Shown here: positions 10,039 through 19,273 of the stretch, one piece after another | Layout of the letters: every line of letters starts with the position of its first letter | Position numbering within the stretch: position 1 is the first letter of the stretch | Source of the DNA: Planctomycetota bacterium | Lineage (GTDB): Bacteria; Planctomycetota; SZUA-567; H5-PLA8 | Length of the DNA: 64,000 nucleotides | NCBI GenBank assembly: GCA_038227875.1 | Contig: JBBRPR010000006.1 | Span: 32,001 to 96,000 of the forward strand | Reading direction: 5' to 3' | Translations under genes and position numbers: made by a program | The notes under the pieces: generated by a model | Database searches by the model: none | What the model was told of the DNA's origin: nothing | What the model saw: the letters and a program-made list of their open reading frames with translations, nothing else

Positions 10039-12732
10039 CTACGGTTTACTCACATCCAACGTCTCCGTTGCAGCGTAAGTAATCCGGCAACGCAGTACCC
10101 GGTTATTCAACAGGTCCGCCACGTAAACGTTGCGGTCGGTCACCGCCAGGCCGATGATCCAGTTGAAGGCGATTGAAGGCTCCGCGAAAGGACTCTTCAG
10201 ATCTGCAGGATCCCCCTGCTTGCGCGGACGAAGCAGCTGGCTTGACGGGTCGACGACGTAACTGTCGGTTCCGCAACAATCCTGATTGCCATAGGCACCA
10301 AAGTACGTCAGCACGTTTCCGTTTGTATCCAGCACCATGATGCGCTGGCGCGCCAGGTCCGGGGCGAACGTACGCCCGAAATCGTCCACGTCGAAATCCG
10401 TGCCAGTGCAATGGCACGAGTCGCTGCTCCCGCCGTTGGAAACCATGTCGCCCACCGGTCCAATTCCGGGTGTAATCCATAGTGCTCCCTGAATCGCGCC
10501 ATCTTTCTTCCGGCTTCCTGAACCCTCAACACTGGTTTTGGCCACGTCGGCCGGGAGGGCGACGGGATCGCCTGCGGGTTTGTCGGTATCCTTTGAGGCG
10601 AGAAAAATGTTGCCACCCGCAGACCCAAACTTGACCACACTGCCATACATGTAATCAAACACGCGCGAGACTTCCTTCTCGGCAGGCAAATGGGTTTTGA
10701 ACTCAGCGGGAAAACTTTGACCCACCGGCTTGATGCTCTCCATGATGTACAGGTTGCCCTTTGGATCGAGCTTTGGTCCATAGGACCCGTCCGTCACGCC
10801 CCACAACGCCGTGCGCTTGATCTTTCCATCCTGTCCAAAAACGAGGACATGCATCAGCCCGTGATACGACGTGCCGCGGATCTTGGCGTAGATCTCGTTC
10901 TTGCGATCGATGAAGTAGTCGCGTTCCCACGCCGTCGTGCCGCTGGAACCGTACTTGTTCGGCAGACCGCCCATGTACGGACCGCTCGGAATATCGGTGG
11001 CCTCAAACGGTTTCAATTTGCCATCGGCGTCCCAGCGGCGAATGCCCAGCGCGTGCGTGTTTGAATAGATGCACCCGTCCGGTCCCAGCCGGTTGATGCC
11101 GCCGGCGTCGATCACGCGGTTGACCTTGCGGATCTTCCCGCTCTCCTCATCCACGATGGTGAGCACATTATCCACCTGGCATGCCACTTCGCGCCGGTAC
11201 GGATCGGTTGTGGGATTGCGGAGCCTCGGGGGAAAGTAACAGTCCACCGCCGCCGGTTCTGAGAATTGGCTGCCCTGGTCTTCGCTGCGCTTAAGAGTGG
11301 CGGGAGTGGCGGCCACGCTGGACGTACCCAGCCAGAGCAACGGTTTTTCCCCACTTGTATCCAGCGCAAAACTGCGCCGGAAGCTCCATTCATACGCTCC
11401 AAATGTGCCTCTCTTCTGATACGCGAGACTCAGGCGGCAGACCTCCTTCGGATGCTGCCAGTCGGAATATTTTACGACGCTGTCTTTTTCACAAACGTAA
11501 ACGGCACCCGTCTTGGAATGTACGCCGACCCACTCCGGCTGTTCGGTCGGCCAGGATCCGGCGACGTGCATGTCTTTCTCGTCCAGCACGATCACGCGAT
11601 TGTTGCCGCTGTCGCAGACCAGCAGGTGCCCGTGCCCGTCGCTGCAGAGGCCGCGCGGCTGTTTGAGATGACTCTGGTCCTCTCCTGCCTTGGCCGGATC
11701 TCCAAAGACAACCTCGCCCGGGCCGCGATTCGCAAAGGAGACTCGCGCCACGAACGGCGACACGTCGGCCAACTTGCTGCCGCCTGCGGGCGTGCCGAAT
11801 CCAGTCACGTACAAACTTTTGCCATCGGAACTGGCCGCCAGAAACATCAGCCCATACTTCCATCCTGCCTTTGCATCCCCCAGTACGGGGCCGGCGAACG
11901 GATCCAGAGGCATCCCACCGGTCAAATCGATCGCGGCGATGCGCGGAGAAAAATTCCGCGACCAGCCGCCCGGCCCGGTATTCACGACCGTATGCCAAAG
12001 CAGGCCGTCCGCCACGACCATCTGTGCGGCCGGCCAGTCGCCCGCGGGATAGTAGCCCATCTCCTGCTGATGGCGGATCAGCGGGTTCAGGTACTGGCGC
12101 TCATTCAGAAATGCGCCGCTGCCTTTCAATCGTTCCAGCGGCAGGCTGGGCGAGAAAGGTTTAATGGTTTGCTCGTAGCTGCCGTCACGGCGGAAGACGT
12201 GCACCGTCGAACCGTTGAAATGCTGATTGGCCTGAAAGCCCGGCCGGTCGTCAATCACGTACACACGGCCGTCCGGGCCGCTGGCCATGCCCAGCACGCT
12301 GGTCACCGCGTTCGGACCGGACTTTTCCGTGAACGCAGTGCCGGCGTATTCCGCCTGAAGGCCCAGGGACACCCTCGCCTTAAAGGATCCACTGGCAGCA
12401 ACCTTGCCGTCGTCGTCTTTGCCGTCCCATGCCAGACTCTGTTCGAGAACATTCGGCTGGAGCGGCGCGGGCGCGCTTTTACCCAGCAGGCCCGCTGCGA
12501 GATGGCGGACGATGCGGCCTTTCTCATCGAGAATAGCGACCGCGACGTCGGTCTCTCGATCCACGGCAAACGTGATGACGCTCGCTCCCGCAGACTTCAC
12601 GGCCGACGGCTTTTTGGTGAACACCGCAGCCTTGGAGTTCTGAGACTGCGCTTCGAAGCCTTGAAGCGTTCCTGCACAGCACACGATAATGGATAGCTGC
12701 GCCGCGAAACCAACCCATCTGTTGCACATCAC
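10039..12732 (-). CDS. Secreted protein with FlgD-Ig-like domain and NHL/beta-propeller repeats
   Basis: Signal peptide; IVRHL...WDGKDDDG; LKQPRGLCSDGHGHLLVCDSGNNRV; VYVADLLNNRV. Confidence 0.75.
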   Translation of the reverse strand: MMCNRWVGFAAQLSIIVCCAGTLQGFEAQSQNSKAAVFTKKPSAVKSAGASVITFAVDRETDVAVAILDEKGRIVRHLAAGLLGKSAPAPLQPNVLEQSLAWDGKDDDGKVAASGSFKARVSLGLQAEYAGTAFTEKSGPNAVTSVLGMASGPDGRVYVIDDRPGFQANQHFNGSTVHVFRRDGSYEQTIKPFSPSLPLERLKGSGAFLNERQYLNPLIRHQQEMGYYPAGDWPAAQMVVADGLLWHTVVNTGPGGWSRNFSPRIAAIDLTGGMPLDPFAGPVLGDAKAGWKYGLMFLAASSDGKSLYVTGFGTPAGGSKLADVSPFVARVSFANRGPGEVVFGDPAKAGEDQSHLKQPRGLCSDGHGHLLVCDSGNNRVIVLDEKDMHVAGSWPTEQPEWVGVHSKTGAVYVCEKDSVVKYSDWQHPKEVCRLSLAYQKRGTFGAYEWSFRRSFALDTSGEKPLLWLGTSSVAATPATLKRSEDQGSQFSEPAAVDCYFPPRLRNPTTDPYRREVACQVDNVLTIVDEESGKIRKVNRVIDAGGINRLGPDGCIYSNTHALGIRRWDADGKLKPFEATDIPSGPYMGGLPNKYGSSGTTAWERDYFIDRKNEIYAKIRGTSYHGLMHVLVFGQDGKIKRTALWGVTDGSYGPKLDPKGNLYIMESIKPVGQSFPAEFKTHLPAEKEVSRVFDYMYGSVVKFGSAGGNIFLASKDTDKPAGDPVALPADVAKTSVEGSGSRKKDGAIQGALWITPGIGPVGDMVSNGGSSDSCHCTGTDFDVDDFGRTFAPDLARQRIMVLDTNGNVLTYFGAYGNQDCCGTDSYVVDPSSQLLRPRKQGDPADLKSPFAEPSIAFNWIIGLAVTDRNVYVADLLNNRVLRCRITYAATETLDVSKP

Positions 12733-12752
12733 TCACCCCCTGCTTCTCTCGA

Positions 12753-13850
12753 CTACTCCTTTATTCTCAAGCGCACCGGCACACGCACACGCAATTCGGG
12801 AAGGCCGGGATTGGCGCGACGCTCGAGCAGAATCGCCATCGCCGCATCGGCCATGGCCCGGAGATCCCAGGTGATGGCGGGTGGAGGCGCGATGCCGTGG
12901 AACATCGGCGCGTACCGGCTGGCGTACATTTCGCTCGGCGTCCACCCGACCAGCTGAAGATCCTTGCCGATCACCAGACCGCACTCCGCCGCCGCCTGCG
13001 CGAGAGGCGAGATGTGCGTGTTCCACAAGGCCGCAATACCGTCGGGCCGCCCGGCCCCGGAAAGAATCTTGCGCGCGGCGGACAGCACGTCGTCGCTGGT
13101 CTGGAACACCAGGCTGGACTCCGTAGGCATACTTTTGCTCAGCAGCCCGGCACAAAATCCGCCAAAGCGGTCGAACACGTGGACGTTGCAGTCTGCGCGT
13201 CCAAACCAGGCAATGCGGCGACAACCGGCCTCGGCCAGGTAGCGGCTGGCGAGCATGCCCCCGTGGTGACCATCCTGCAGCACCGAGTCCACCCCGGAAC
13301 CTTCAACCCAGGAATCAACCATGACCAGGGGCAGGCCCGCGTCTTTGACAGAGGACAACGCCGCGGGATCGTTGCTGTCCAGAATCGCGGCCCATGCGTG
13401 CGACGCCGCCAGTCGCGTCCGCACATTTACAGATTGAATGGCACTCTCTCCCATCGCAGCCAGCGGCCAGCCCTTGCGATCGGCGGCATCCTGCAAGGTA
13501 GACATCAACCGCGCGTGATGTTCATCCCACGCCGCGGGTTCACGAGAGTCGCTGCGAATGTAGGCAACCGGACATCCGCGCAACGGATCGTTGGCCATGC
13601 CCAGCACGCGGTAGCCCTTGCGTGGCTCCGGACGAATCAGTCCGTCGGCCTGCAGTCTGGCCAGCGCACGGCGTACGGTCGTATGCGCCACGGCGAACGA
13701 CTGTGAGAGCTGTCGCTCCGTCGGCAAGTAATCGCCCACGGCCACAGCGCCCTCCAAGACTTGGCGTCGCAGGGCGATGTACACCTGGCCCGAAGAACGT
13801 CCCGTCGACTGATTTATTACTATTTCTTTGCTATCGTCTTTGATCATCAT
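12753..13850 (-). CDS. GntR-family HTH regulator with LacI-type sugar-binding domain
   Basis: GDYLPTERQLSQSFAVAHTTVRRALARLQADG; C-terminal YLAEAGCRRIAW and RPDGIAA. Confidence 0.88.
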   Translation of the reverse strand: MMIKDDSKEIVINQSTGRSSGQVYIALRRQVLEGAVAVGDYLPTERQLSQSFAVAHTTVRRALARLQADGLIRPEPRKGYRVLGMANDPLRGCPVAYIRSDSREPAAWDEHHARLMSTLQDAADRKGWPLAAMGESAIQSVNVRTRLAASHAWAAILDSNDPAALSSVKDAGLPLVMVDSWVEGSGVDSVLQDGHHGGMLASRYLAEAGCRRIAWFGRADCNVHVFDRFGGFCAGLLSKSMPTESSLVFQTSDDVLSAARKILSGAGRPDGIAALWNTHISPLAQAAAECGLVIGKDLQLVGWTPSEMYASRYAPMFHGIAPPPAITWDLRAMADAAMAILLERRANPGLPELRVRVPVRLRIKE

Positions 13851-14110
13851 ATGATTTCATATACAACTGAAATTAACAAAGATCAATGCTTTCTCATAAA
13901 TTTCTATGCTAGCTCTGTGCTATACATATGGGGCAGGCCGTAGAGATCGATGGTAGGGCCATCGTCTTTACGTGGTGTATTGAAAAAATTTTATCTGGGT
14001 CTGTGAGGGAGTAGATCTTTGGACGAATGAGATTCAAAAAAGCGAGCTACCGCATGCGGAAATCAAGCGGACCTCCGATGGGTACACCAATCTCTGACCC
14101 CTGGCCAGCC

Positions 14111-14752
14111 TCACAGCGACTGCGGACAATCGCCGTGATATTCAATCCAGTGGACCACCACTGTCGGATCCGGGCCGCGCCAATCGATCGACATCTCTTT
14201 GCTCACCGGCGTGCCTTCCGCTCGCTGGTATTCGCTGTACACGCATGTCAGCACGCGATCGGGCGGAACGGGCTTTTCCACGAATTTCGCCGGGTGCTTG
14301 GTCATCGAACCGCGGCGCCAGCCGCCGGGCGTCAGATGCCACTGCGTCCACTCGTCGCGCAGCGCCTCCTGATGCGGCTGCGGTTCCGGCGGTTTGGCTT
14401 TGAAGAACAACTTCGCCGCCGCCAGGTCCGGCGCGACCTTCAACACGCCGACCAGTCCCAGCAACTTCAACACTTCCAGCACCGGCTCCGACGGCGCCAG
14501 CAGCACCACATTGCCGCCGTGCTTTTGAGCCTGGTTGGTGGCGGAAACAATCGTCCCCAACCCGGCGGATGATACGTACTCGATCTCGGTCATGGCGATA
14601 ATCAGCGCGTAAGTGCCCTCACTGAAGATCGCCTCGATCGCGCTTTCCAGCGACTCAAAGGAATGGGTGTCCAACGAACCGCCGAGATGGAGCATCTCAA
14701 TGCGTTCGTCCTTGAGCGAATCCCGATTGATGGTGAGATCTTTTATCATCAT
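14111..14752 (-). CDS. STAS (anti-sigma antagonist) domain protein with extra C-terminal domain
   Basis: LGGSLDTHS...IEYVSSAGLG...VLKLLGL, then WTQWHLTPGGW..PPDRVLT. Start uncertain (14752 or 14749). Confidence 0.75.
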   Translation of the reverse strand: MMIKDLTINRDSLKDERIEMLHLGGSLDTHSFESLESAIEAIFSEGTYALIIAMTEIEYVSSAGLGTIVSATNQAQKHGGNVVLLAPSEPVLEVLKLLGLVGVLKVAPDLAAAKLFFKAKPPEPQPHQEALRDEWTQWHLTPGGWRRGSMTKHPAKFVEKPVPPDRVLTCVYSEYQRAEGTPVSKEMSIDWRGPDPTVVVHWIEYHGDCPQSL

Positions 14753-15030
14753 GGTCGAATCCCAGTTGTAGGTCGGTACTACAGATATAGAAGACATAAC
14801 GCACGTCGTGCATTTGTCAATCGACGTGTCGATAAAATTTAAAATATTATGCTTCAAGTGTATGTCCTGTATAAATTTGTACAACGGAAGAGATTGCCTG
14901 TAGGATTCATCCCGACGCAGATTGTGAGCTCACTGGATAAGGGCAAAGTTCCCACCCATCTCTCTGGACCGGGTCGACTGCGCGCTTTCAACGATCTCGT
15001 GCGTTACCAATTTTTTTAGTTGGCTCAAGT

Positions 15031-15059
15031 TTGCATACCCACTTTCCCCCGACTATCAT
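15031..15059 (+). promoter_or_regulatory. Candidate sigma70 promoter
   Basis: TTGCAT-17 nt-TATCAT, 27 nt upstream of the ATG at 15086. Confidence 0.5.
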
Positions 15060-15085
15060 TTCTGGGTCACTGGAGAATTGAAACT

Positions 15086-15868
15086 ATGAAAACGCTCTTC
15101 GCCACTCTCGCCGCCGCACTCCTGTTTGCCGCATTCAATCCCGCGCGCGCCGCCGAGCAGGTCACCGTCACCTACACGGACGGCAAAAGCGACAGCGGAG
15201 AACTGCTCTCGCAAGACGCCGACAAGATCGTCATGCGCGTCAGCGTCGGCGGCAATCATGTCGACATGCCGATCGTGTGGGCACGGATTCAGAAACTCAG
15301 CAACGGTCTGACTCAGGACGCTGCAGCTAAGAAGTGGAAAGCCGACAACCAGGATAAGCTCTGCCCCGATTGCAACGGCGACAAGAAGATCGTCTGCAAA
15401 AAATGTACCGGCACCGGTCTGCTCGCACGCGCCATGATTCCTTGCACCGCCTGCAAAGGCGAAGGAAGCATTCCGTGCACATTTAAGCTCTGCGACAAAG
15501 GCCAGGTCCCCTGCCCCGGCAAGTGCCTCAAACTGAGCGAAGGGAAATGGGTCAAGGGCAAGGAGGATCACCTCTGGCGGCGCTTCGACTACAAAGGCGG
15601 CTACATGGAATGGAGCGATCGGCACTTGGGCGAAGTGATCGAATTCAACGCCGCCGGCGTCCCCGAGAACAAAGGCCCGTGTCCGCTCTGCAACGGCACG
15701 CAGAAAGCGGCCTGCAAAGTCTGCGAAGGCAAAGGCGTGACGCAATGCACGCTCTGCAAAGGCGCCAAAGAAATCCCCGCACCCGGCCCAGAAAAGAAAT
15801 GCCCCGATTGCAACGGCGCGAAGAAAATCACCTGTCCGACGTGCAAAGGAACGGGATTGAAAGACTGA
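15086..15868 (+). CDS. Exported Cys-rich protein with DnaJ-type CxxCxGxG zinc-finger repeats
   Basis: GGAG RBS; signal peptide MKTLF...PARA; 8 CxxC motifs plus CxxxxC and CxxxC variants. Confidence 0.8.
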   Translation: MKTLFATLAAALLFAAFNPARAAEQVTVTYTDGKSDSGELLSQDADKIVMRVSVGGNHVDMPIVWARIQKLSNGLTQDAAAKKWKADNQDKLCPDCNGDKKIVCKKCTGTGLLARAMIPCTACKGEGSIPCTFKLCDKGQVPCPGKCLKLSEGKWVKGKEDHLWRRFDYKGGYMEWSDRHLGEVIEFNAAGVPENKGPCPLCNGTQKAACKVCEGKGVTQCTLCKGAKEIPAPGPEKKCPDCNGAKKITCPTCKGTGLKD

Positions 15869-15917
15869 CGGCGAAGCAATTCAAAATTCAAAAACGCACG
15901 CGGCAAGCATTTCGCGC

Positions 15918-15966
15918 CACGGATACGCGGAACTTTGAGCGTAGCGAAAAGTTACGTTCATCCGTG
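15918..15966. repeat. REP-like hairpin with GAGCGTAGCGA core
   Basis: cacggat..aacttt-gagcgtagcga-aaagtt..atccgtg, between convergent genes. Confidence 0.55.
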
Positions 15967-15990
15967 CATTGAGCGCTGATTAACCTGTGT

Positions 15991-16431
15991 TTATTTCCTT
16001 TTACTTAGCATTTCTAAAACATTTTTTACTACGTTTTGAAAAAGTCTGGCTCGTTCAGGATCGGTCGGTAGTGGGGAAGCGCCCTTTATCGCGGTAAATT
16101 TTGATGGATCTTGAGCGGCCACGTCCTGAAGCGTAAGCGTGAAATTCACAGAAACACTCTTCATGATTTCTGGAAGATTATTGCATTCTAGGAATCCCTT
16201 TTTGCATAACTCATCGAAAGACTTCGGCCATTCTCCTGGATAGAACTGGATGTAAAGAGCTATCGCCTCAAAAACAGTTTCTCGATAGTCCGGTTCGTAA
16301 ATTAATCTCGCGTCTCGAGAAGTGCGCTCGTCGTTCAGTTGAATATTCACTTCCAGGCCGAGCAGTATTCCCAGCAATAGTGTAATTGCCAAAATCCCGC
16401 GGAGTGAAAATTGAAAACGTGGGCTCGTCAC
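15991..16431 (-). CDS. Membrane-anchored hypothetical protein, paralogue 3 (PGxWPxS..L family)
   Basis: RFQFSLR plus TM segment; YPGEWPKSFDEL; VNFTLTLQDVAAQDPSKFTAI; start overlaps the upstream stop. Confidence 0.75.
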   Translation of the reverse strand: MTSPRFQFSLRGILAITLLLGILLGLEVNIQLNDERTSRDARLIYEPDYRETVFEAIALYIQFYPGEWPKSFDELCKKGFLECNNLPEIMKSVSVNFTLTLQDVAAQDPSKFTAIKGASPLPTDPERARLFQNVVKNVLEMLSKRK

Positions 16432-16883
16432 TTTTCAAGGTTCTCAATTTGCACTTCCCGGATAGCGTCGATGAATACCTCGGTATATTCCAAGTCGCTG
16501 GTCTGCCACTTGGGATTTGAATGCCGAATCGCGGTAAAATTCGACAGGCCCTGTTTAGCAGCATCATCCAGCGTAAGTTTGAAGTCGATCAAAACATTTC
16601 GTTCCAAACTCAAATCATAGGCAACCGCGATGGATTGAGGATAGGTTTTATTATCATTCCACAACTCTTCCCAGGAACGTGGCCACTGTCCGGGATGTCC
16701 CTGAACAAAATGCATGACTAACAATTCAGCCGACCCGACGTCTATACGTTCCCGCTGCCGCTCCTGTTCCGCGACTCTACTTAAATAAAACGCCACAACC
16801 AAGCCAAGCATGAGACTCGAGAAAAGCGTCATAATCACCATGAACTTCAGCGAGATCTGAAACAGCGCCGGTTTCTTTTCCAT
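16428..16883 (-). CDS. Membrane-anchored hypothetical protein, paralogue 2
   Basis: LFQISLK plus TM segment; HPGQWPRSWEEL; IDFKLTLDDAAKQGLSNFTAI. Confidence 0.8.
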   Translation of the reverse strand: MEKKPALFQISLKFMVIMTLFSSLMLGLVVAFYLSRVAEQERQRERIDVGSAELLVMHFVQGHPGQWPRSWEELWNDNKTYPQSIAVAYDLSLERNVLIDFKLTLDDAAKQGLSNFTAIRHSNPKWQTSDLEYTEVFIDAIREVQIENLEK

Positions 16884-16912
16884 TTTTTGTGTGCGCTCCG
16901 GTCTATGCGCAA

Positions 16913-18082
16913 TTACTTATTCAACACGCCACGCCACTCATTGTCGCGCTTGGTCCAGAACTTCAAGCGCCGACCCCGCCGGTCGATGTATCCCTCGAAA
17001 AACCCGCGATCGGGCGTCTGCTCTCCAACCCAGGCAATGCCGGAATCGAAATTGGACCACAGTTCGAAGTGATGGGCGAGAACTTCCTTGCCGGTCGTGT
17101 CGATCACTGCCGCGCCTGTTTTCGTCCAGACGAAAGCCAGTCCCTCGTGGAACGAATATGCGCGCCGATACTGAAGAGGAATGATCAACGTTCCGGTACG
17201 GTCGATAAATCCAACATCGTCTCCCGAATTGGATCCGCTTTTCCGGCCAATCAGGGCGAGGTCTTCGGAAAACGAATACGCCCGGTCGTATTGAAACGGA
17301 ATGACAACCGTTCCCGTTTTGTCGATGTATCCAAACTTGCCGTTCTTGCGAACCGGAGCAAGCCCTTTAACGAAGTCCCCCGCAAAGTCGAATTGCGGAG
17401 TAATGACCACGTCCCCGGCCGCATTCACAAAGCCGCACTTGCCCTCATTCGAAAACAGGTGCCCGCCCTTTTTGATCACTGCCAGTCCGTCGGAGAAGGA
17501 GAGTGCGTCGTCGTAGATCGCCGGAATTGATTCCTCTCCTTTGGTGTTCAGGAATCCGAATTTGCCGGCGCGTTCAAACGGAGCCAGTCCTTCGCTAAAC
17601 CGCCTCACTGAATCGTATTGGGGCTCTTTTAGAAATTTCCCGGTGGTATCGATGAATCCCCACTTTCCACCCTCGGCGCAATTCCCTCCCGGTTTCCAGA
17701 CTCCGCCGATATTCACGCCGGCGAAACCTTCGGAAAACCGCGTCGTCCAGTCAAAGGCTGCCGCAATGGCCCACTTGCCATGCACATCGATGTATCCAAA
17801 TTTCCCATCCTGCCAGCACTCCGCCAAGTTTTCCGAAAACGGAGCCACCGCTGCAAACTGAGGCGCGATGACGGTCTTTCCATCCTTGTCAATAAACCCG
17901 TACCAGTTCCCCTCTTTGTAGAGTCCAAGACCACAGGAAAAATGCGGAGACTGGGTCAGCCAGCCCTCCACGCTTTGCGGAACCGGCGTCCAGACGTATA
18001 CCCGATAAACGATCCCCGCAGCCATGAGCAGCACGACAATTAGTCCCGCAAACGCGAGTAGGATCTTTTTGACCAGTTTCAT
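16913..18082 (-). CDS. WG-repeat-containing protein with N-terminal membrane anchor
   Basis: Repeated G[KW][FWY]G[YF]ID..G..vI...[FY]....FSEGLA units; start taken at MKLVKK, just after the upstream stop. Confidence 0.88.
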   Translation of the reverse strand: MKLVKKILLAFAGLIVVLLMAAGIVYRVYVWTPVPQSVEGWLTQSPHFSCGLGLYKEGNWYGFIDKDGKTVIAPQFAAVAPFSENLAECWQDGKFGYIDVHGKWAIAAAFDWTTRFSEGFAGVNIGGVWKPGGNCAEGGKWGFIDTTGKFLKEPQYDSVRRFSEGLAPFERAGKFGFLNTKGEESIPAIYDDALSFSDGLAVIKKGGHLFSNEGKCGFVNAAGDVVITPQFDFAGDFVKGLAPVRKNGKFGYIDKTGTVVIPFQYDRAYSFSEDLALIGRKSGSNSGDDVGFIDRTGTLIIPLQYRRAYSFHEGLAFVWTKTGAAVIDTTGKEVLAHHFELWSNFDSGIAWVGEQTPDRGFFEGYIDRRGRRLKFWTKRDNEWRGVLNK

Positions 18083-18083
18083 T

Positions 18084-18593
18084 TCATTGCGGTTCCGGTC
18101 CTGGAGGTTCATGGGATTTCTTTTGCGAGGCGCGAACATATCTTAGAAATTCGTCGATAAATTCCGGCTGTTGATCACGCCAATTTGGATTCGCCGTCTG
18201 AATTGCCGTGAAATTCGATGGGGTTTGATTGGCGACTTCTTCGAGCGTTAAATTGAAATCCACAAAAACGTGCTTCTCAAGATTCTTGTCGAAAGCGATC
18301 ATGTCGGTTATCGCAGAGGGAGTAAATTGGCCGGGATGATACTTGGGATGATTATTCCATAAATCATCCCAAGACCGTGGCCACTCGCCGGGATGATTCT
18401 CAAGATAAAGCAGTACGAGGCACTCTACTTTCTTGCGGTCAATCAAAGCCTGCTTCAGTTGTTCGTGCATTGAAAGCTTTACATAGACCGTCACCGCCAC
18501 TCCCCAGAATGCCGCGAAGAGAAGCAACGCAATAACCATGAACCGAAGTGAAAACTGAACGAACGGCGCCTTCGTATCCTTAAACTCGTCCAC
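18084..18593 (-). CDS. Membrane-anchored hypothetical protein, paralogue 1
   Basis: FVQFSLR plus TM segment; HPGEWPRSWDDL; VDFNLTLEEVANQTPSNFTAI. Confidence 0.8.
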   Translation of the reverse strand: MDEFKDTKAPFVQFSLRFMVIALLLFAAFWGVAVTVYVKLSMHEQLKQALIDRKKVECLVLLYLENHPGEWPRSWDDLWNNHPKYHPGQFTPSAITDMIAFDKNLEKHVFVDFNLTLEEVANQTPSNFTAIQTANPNWRDQQPEFIDEFLRYVRASQKKSHEPPGPEPQ

Positions 18594-18617
18594 AGTCCTC
18601 GGCGCTCCATACCCGTC

Positions 18618-18836
18618 CTATTGCTCATCCGTTCTTTGCGCCTTTGCGTCTCTGCGCGAGGCTAACAACGCCAGCATCTCCGGCGAAATGCTCACCGGCA
18701 CCACCTGCCCGCAATACGGTTCGATATTGACATATCCCCGCGCGCGCACGCTCGCCAGACGCGCGGGAGGCATCCGCGCCAGCACGTCCACCGCAAGCAA
18801 CTCAAGCTCAGTCATTATTTCCAATCGCACTCCCAC
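18618..18836 (-). CDS. Small hypothetical protein heading the paralogue operon
   Basis: Co-oriented, 24 nt before the next gene; the true start may be the internal ATG (MTELELL). Confidence 0.45.
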   Translation of the reverse strand: MGVRLEIMTELELLAVDVLARMPPARLASVRARGYVNIEPYCGQVVPVSISPEMLALLASRRDAKAQRTDEQ

Positions 18837-18856
18837 GATAATCGCGGATGCATTCT

Positions 18857-18904
18857 ATCGCGCCCACCCCGCCAATCCGCAATCCGAAATCCGCAATCCG
18901 CAAT
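18857..18904 (+). repeat. Direct repeat copy 1 (AATCCGC heptamer block)
   Basis: 44/48 identical to 19725-19772. Confidence 0.85.
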
Positions 18905-18914
18905 TTTTTCGATT

Positions 18915-18961
18915 TTCCCCGCCTCCTTGCCCACGGTCCTTCCCACCCCGCCGGATATCTT
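18915..18961 (+). promoter_or_regulatory. Triple 12-bp-period CCC(A/G)C repeat followed by TATCTT (candidate regulator-dependent promoter)
   Basis: Cores at 18918, 18930 and 18942; TAnnnT at 18956-18961; no canonical -35 at 17-nt spacing. Confidence 0.5.
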
Positions 18962-19009
18962 CAGAGCGTCAATGCTGCCGTCTCGCTTAATTAGAACGGA
19001 GGAATCACT

Positions 19010-19273
19010 ATGCTGACGAGGTACAGGAGCAAGCCCGTAAAATTCAACAGAATTAAGCCCTGCCGAAAGTGCAGACTTAAGACACCTCACGCCGCTATGA
19101 AGCGTGCGATGCGTTATTTGGAAGATGAAATGCGCACTCCATACGTATGTCCGTACTGTATTTTTTTCCAGATTGGACATCCACTTCCGCGCTATACAAA
19201 TGGCTCGGAGAGAGTTCAATGTTGCGACCGAAACGGAACGATCAATCATGCGGCGACATCCCGAACACAATGA
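19010..19273 (+). CDS. Small basic zinc-finger-like protein (phage-type C..K...A..A...YxCPxC...GH pattern)
   Basis: Strong GGAGG RBS; CRKCRLKTPHAAMKRA...RTPYVCPYCIFFQIGH. Confidence 0.6.
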   Translation: MLTRYRSKPVKFNRIKPCRKCRLKTPHAAMKRAMRYLEDEMRTPYVCPYCIFFQIGHPLPRYTNGSERVQCCDRNGTINHAATSRTQ

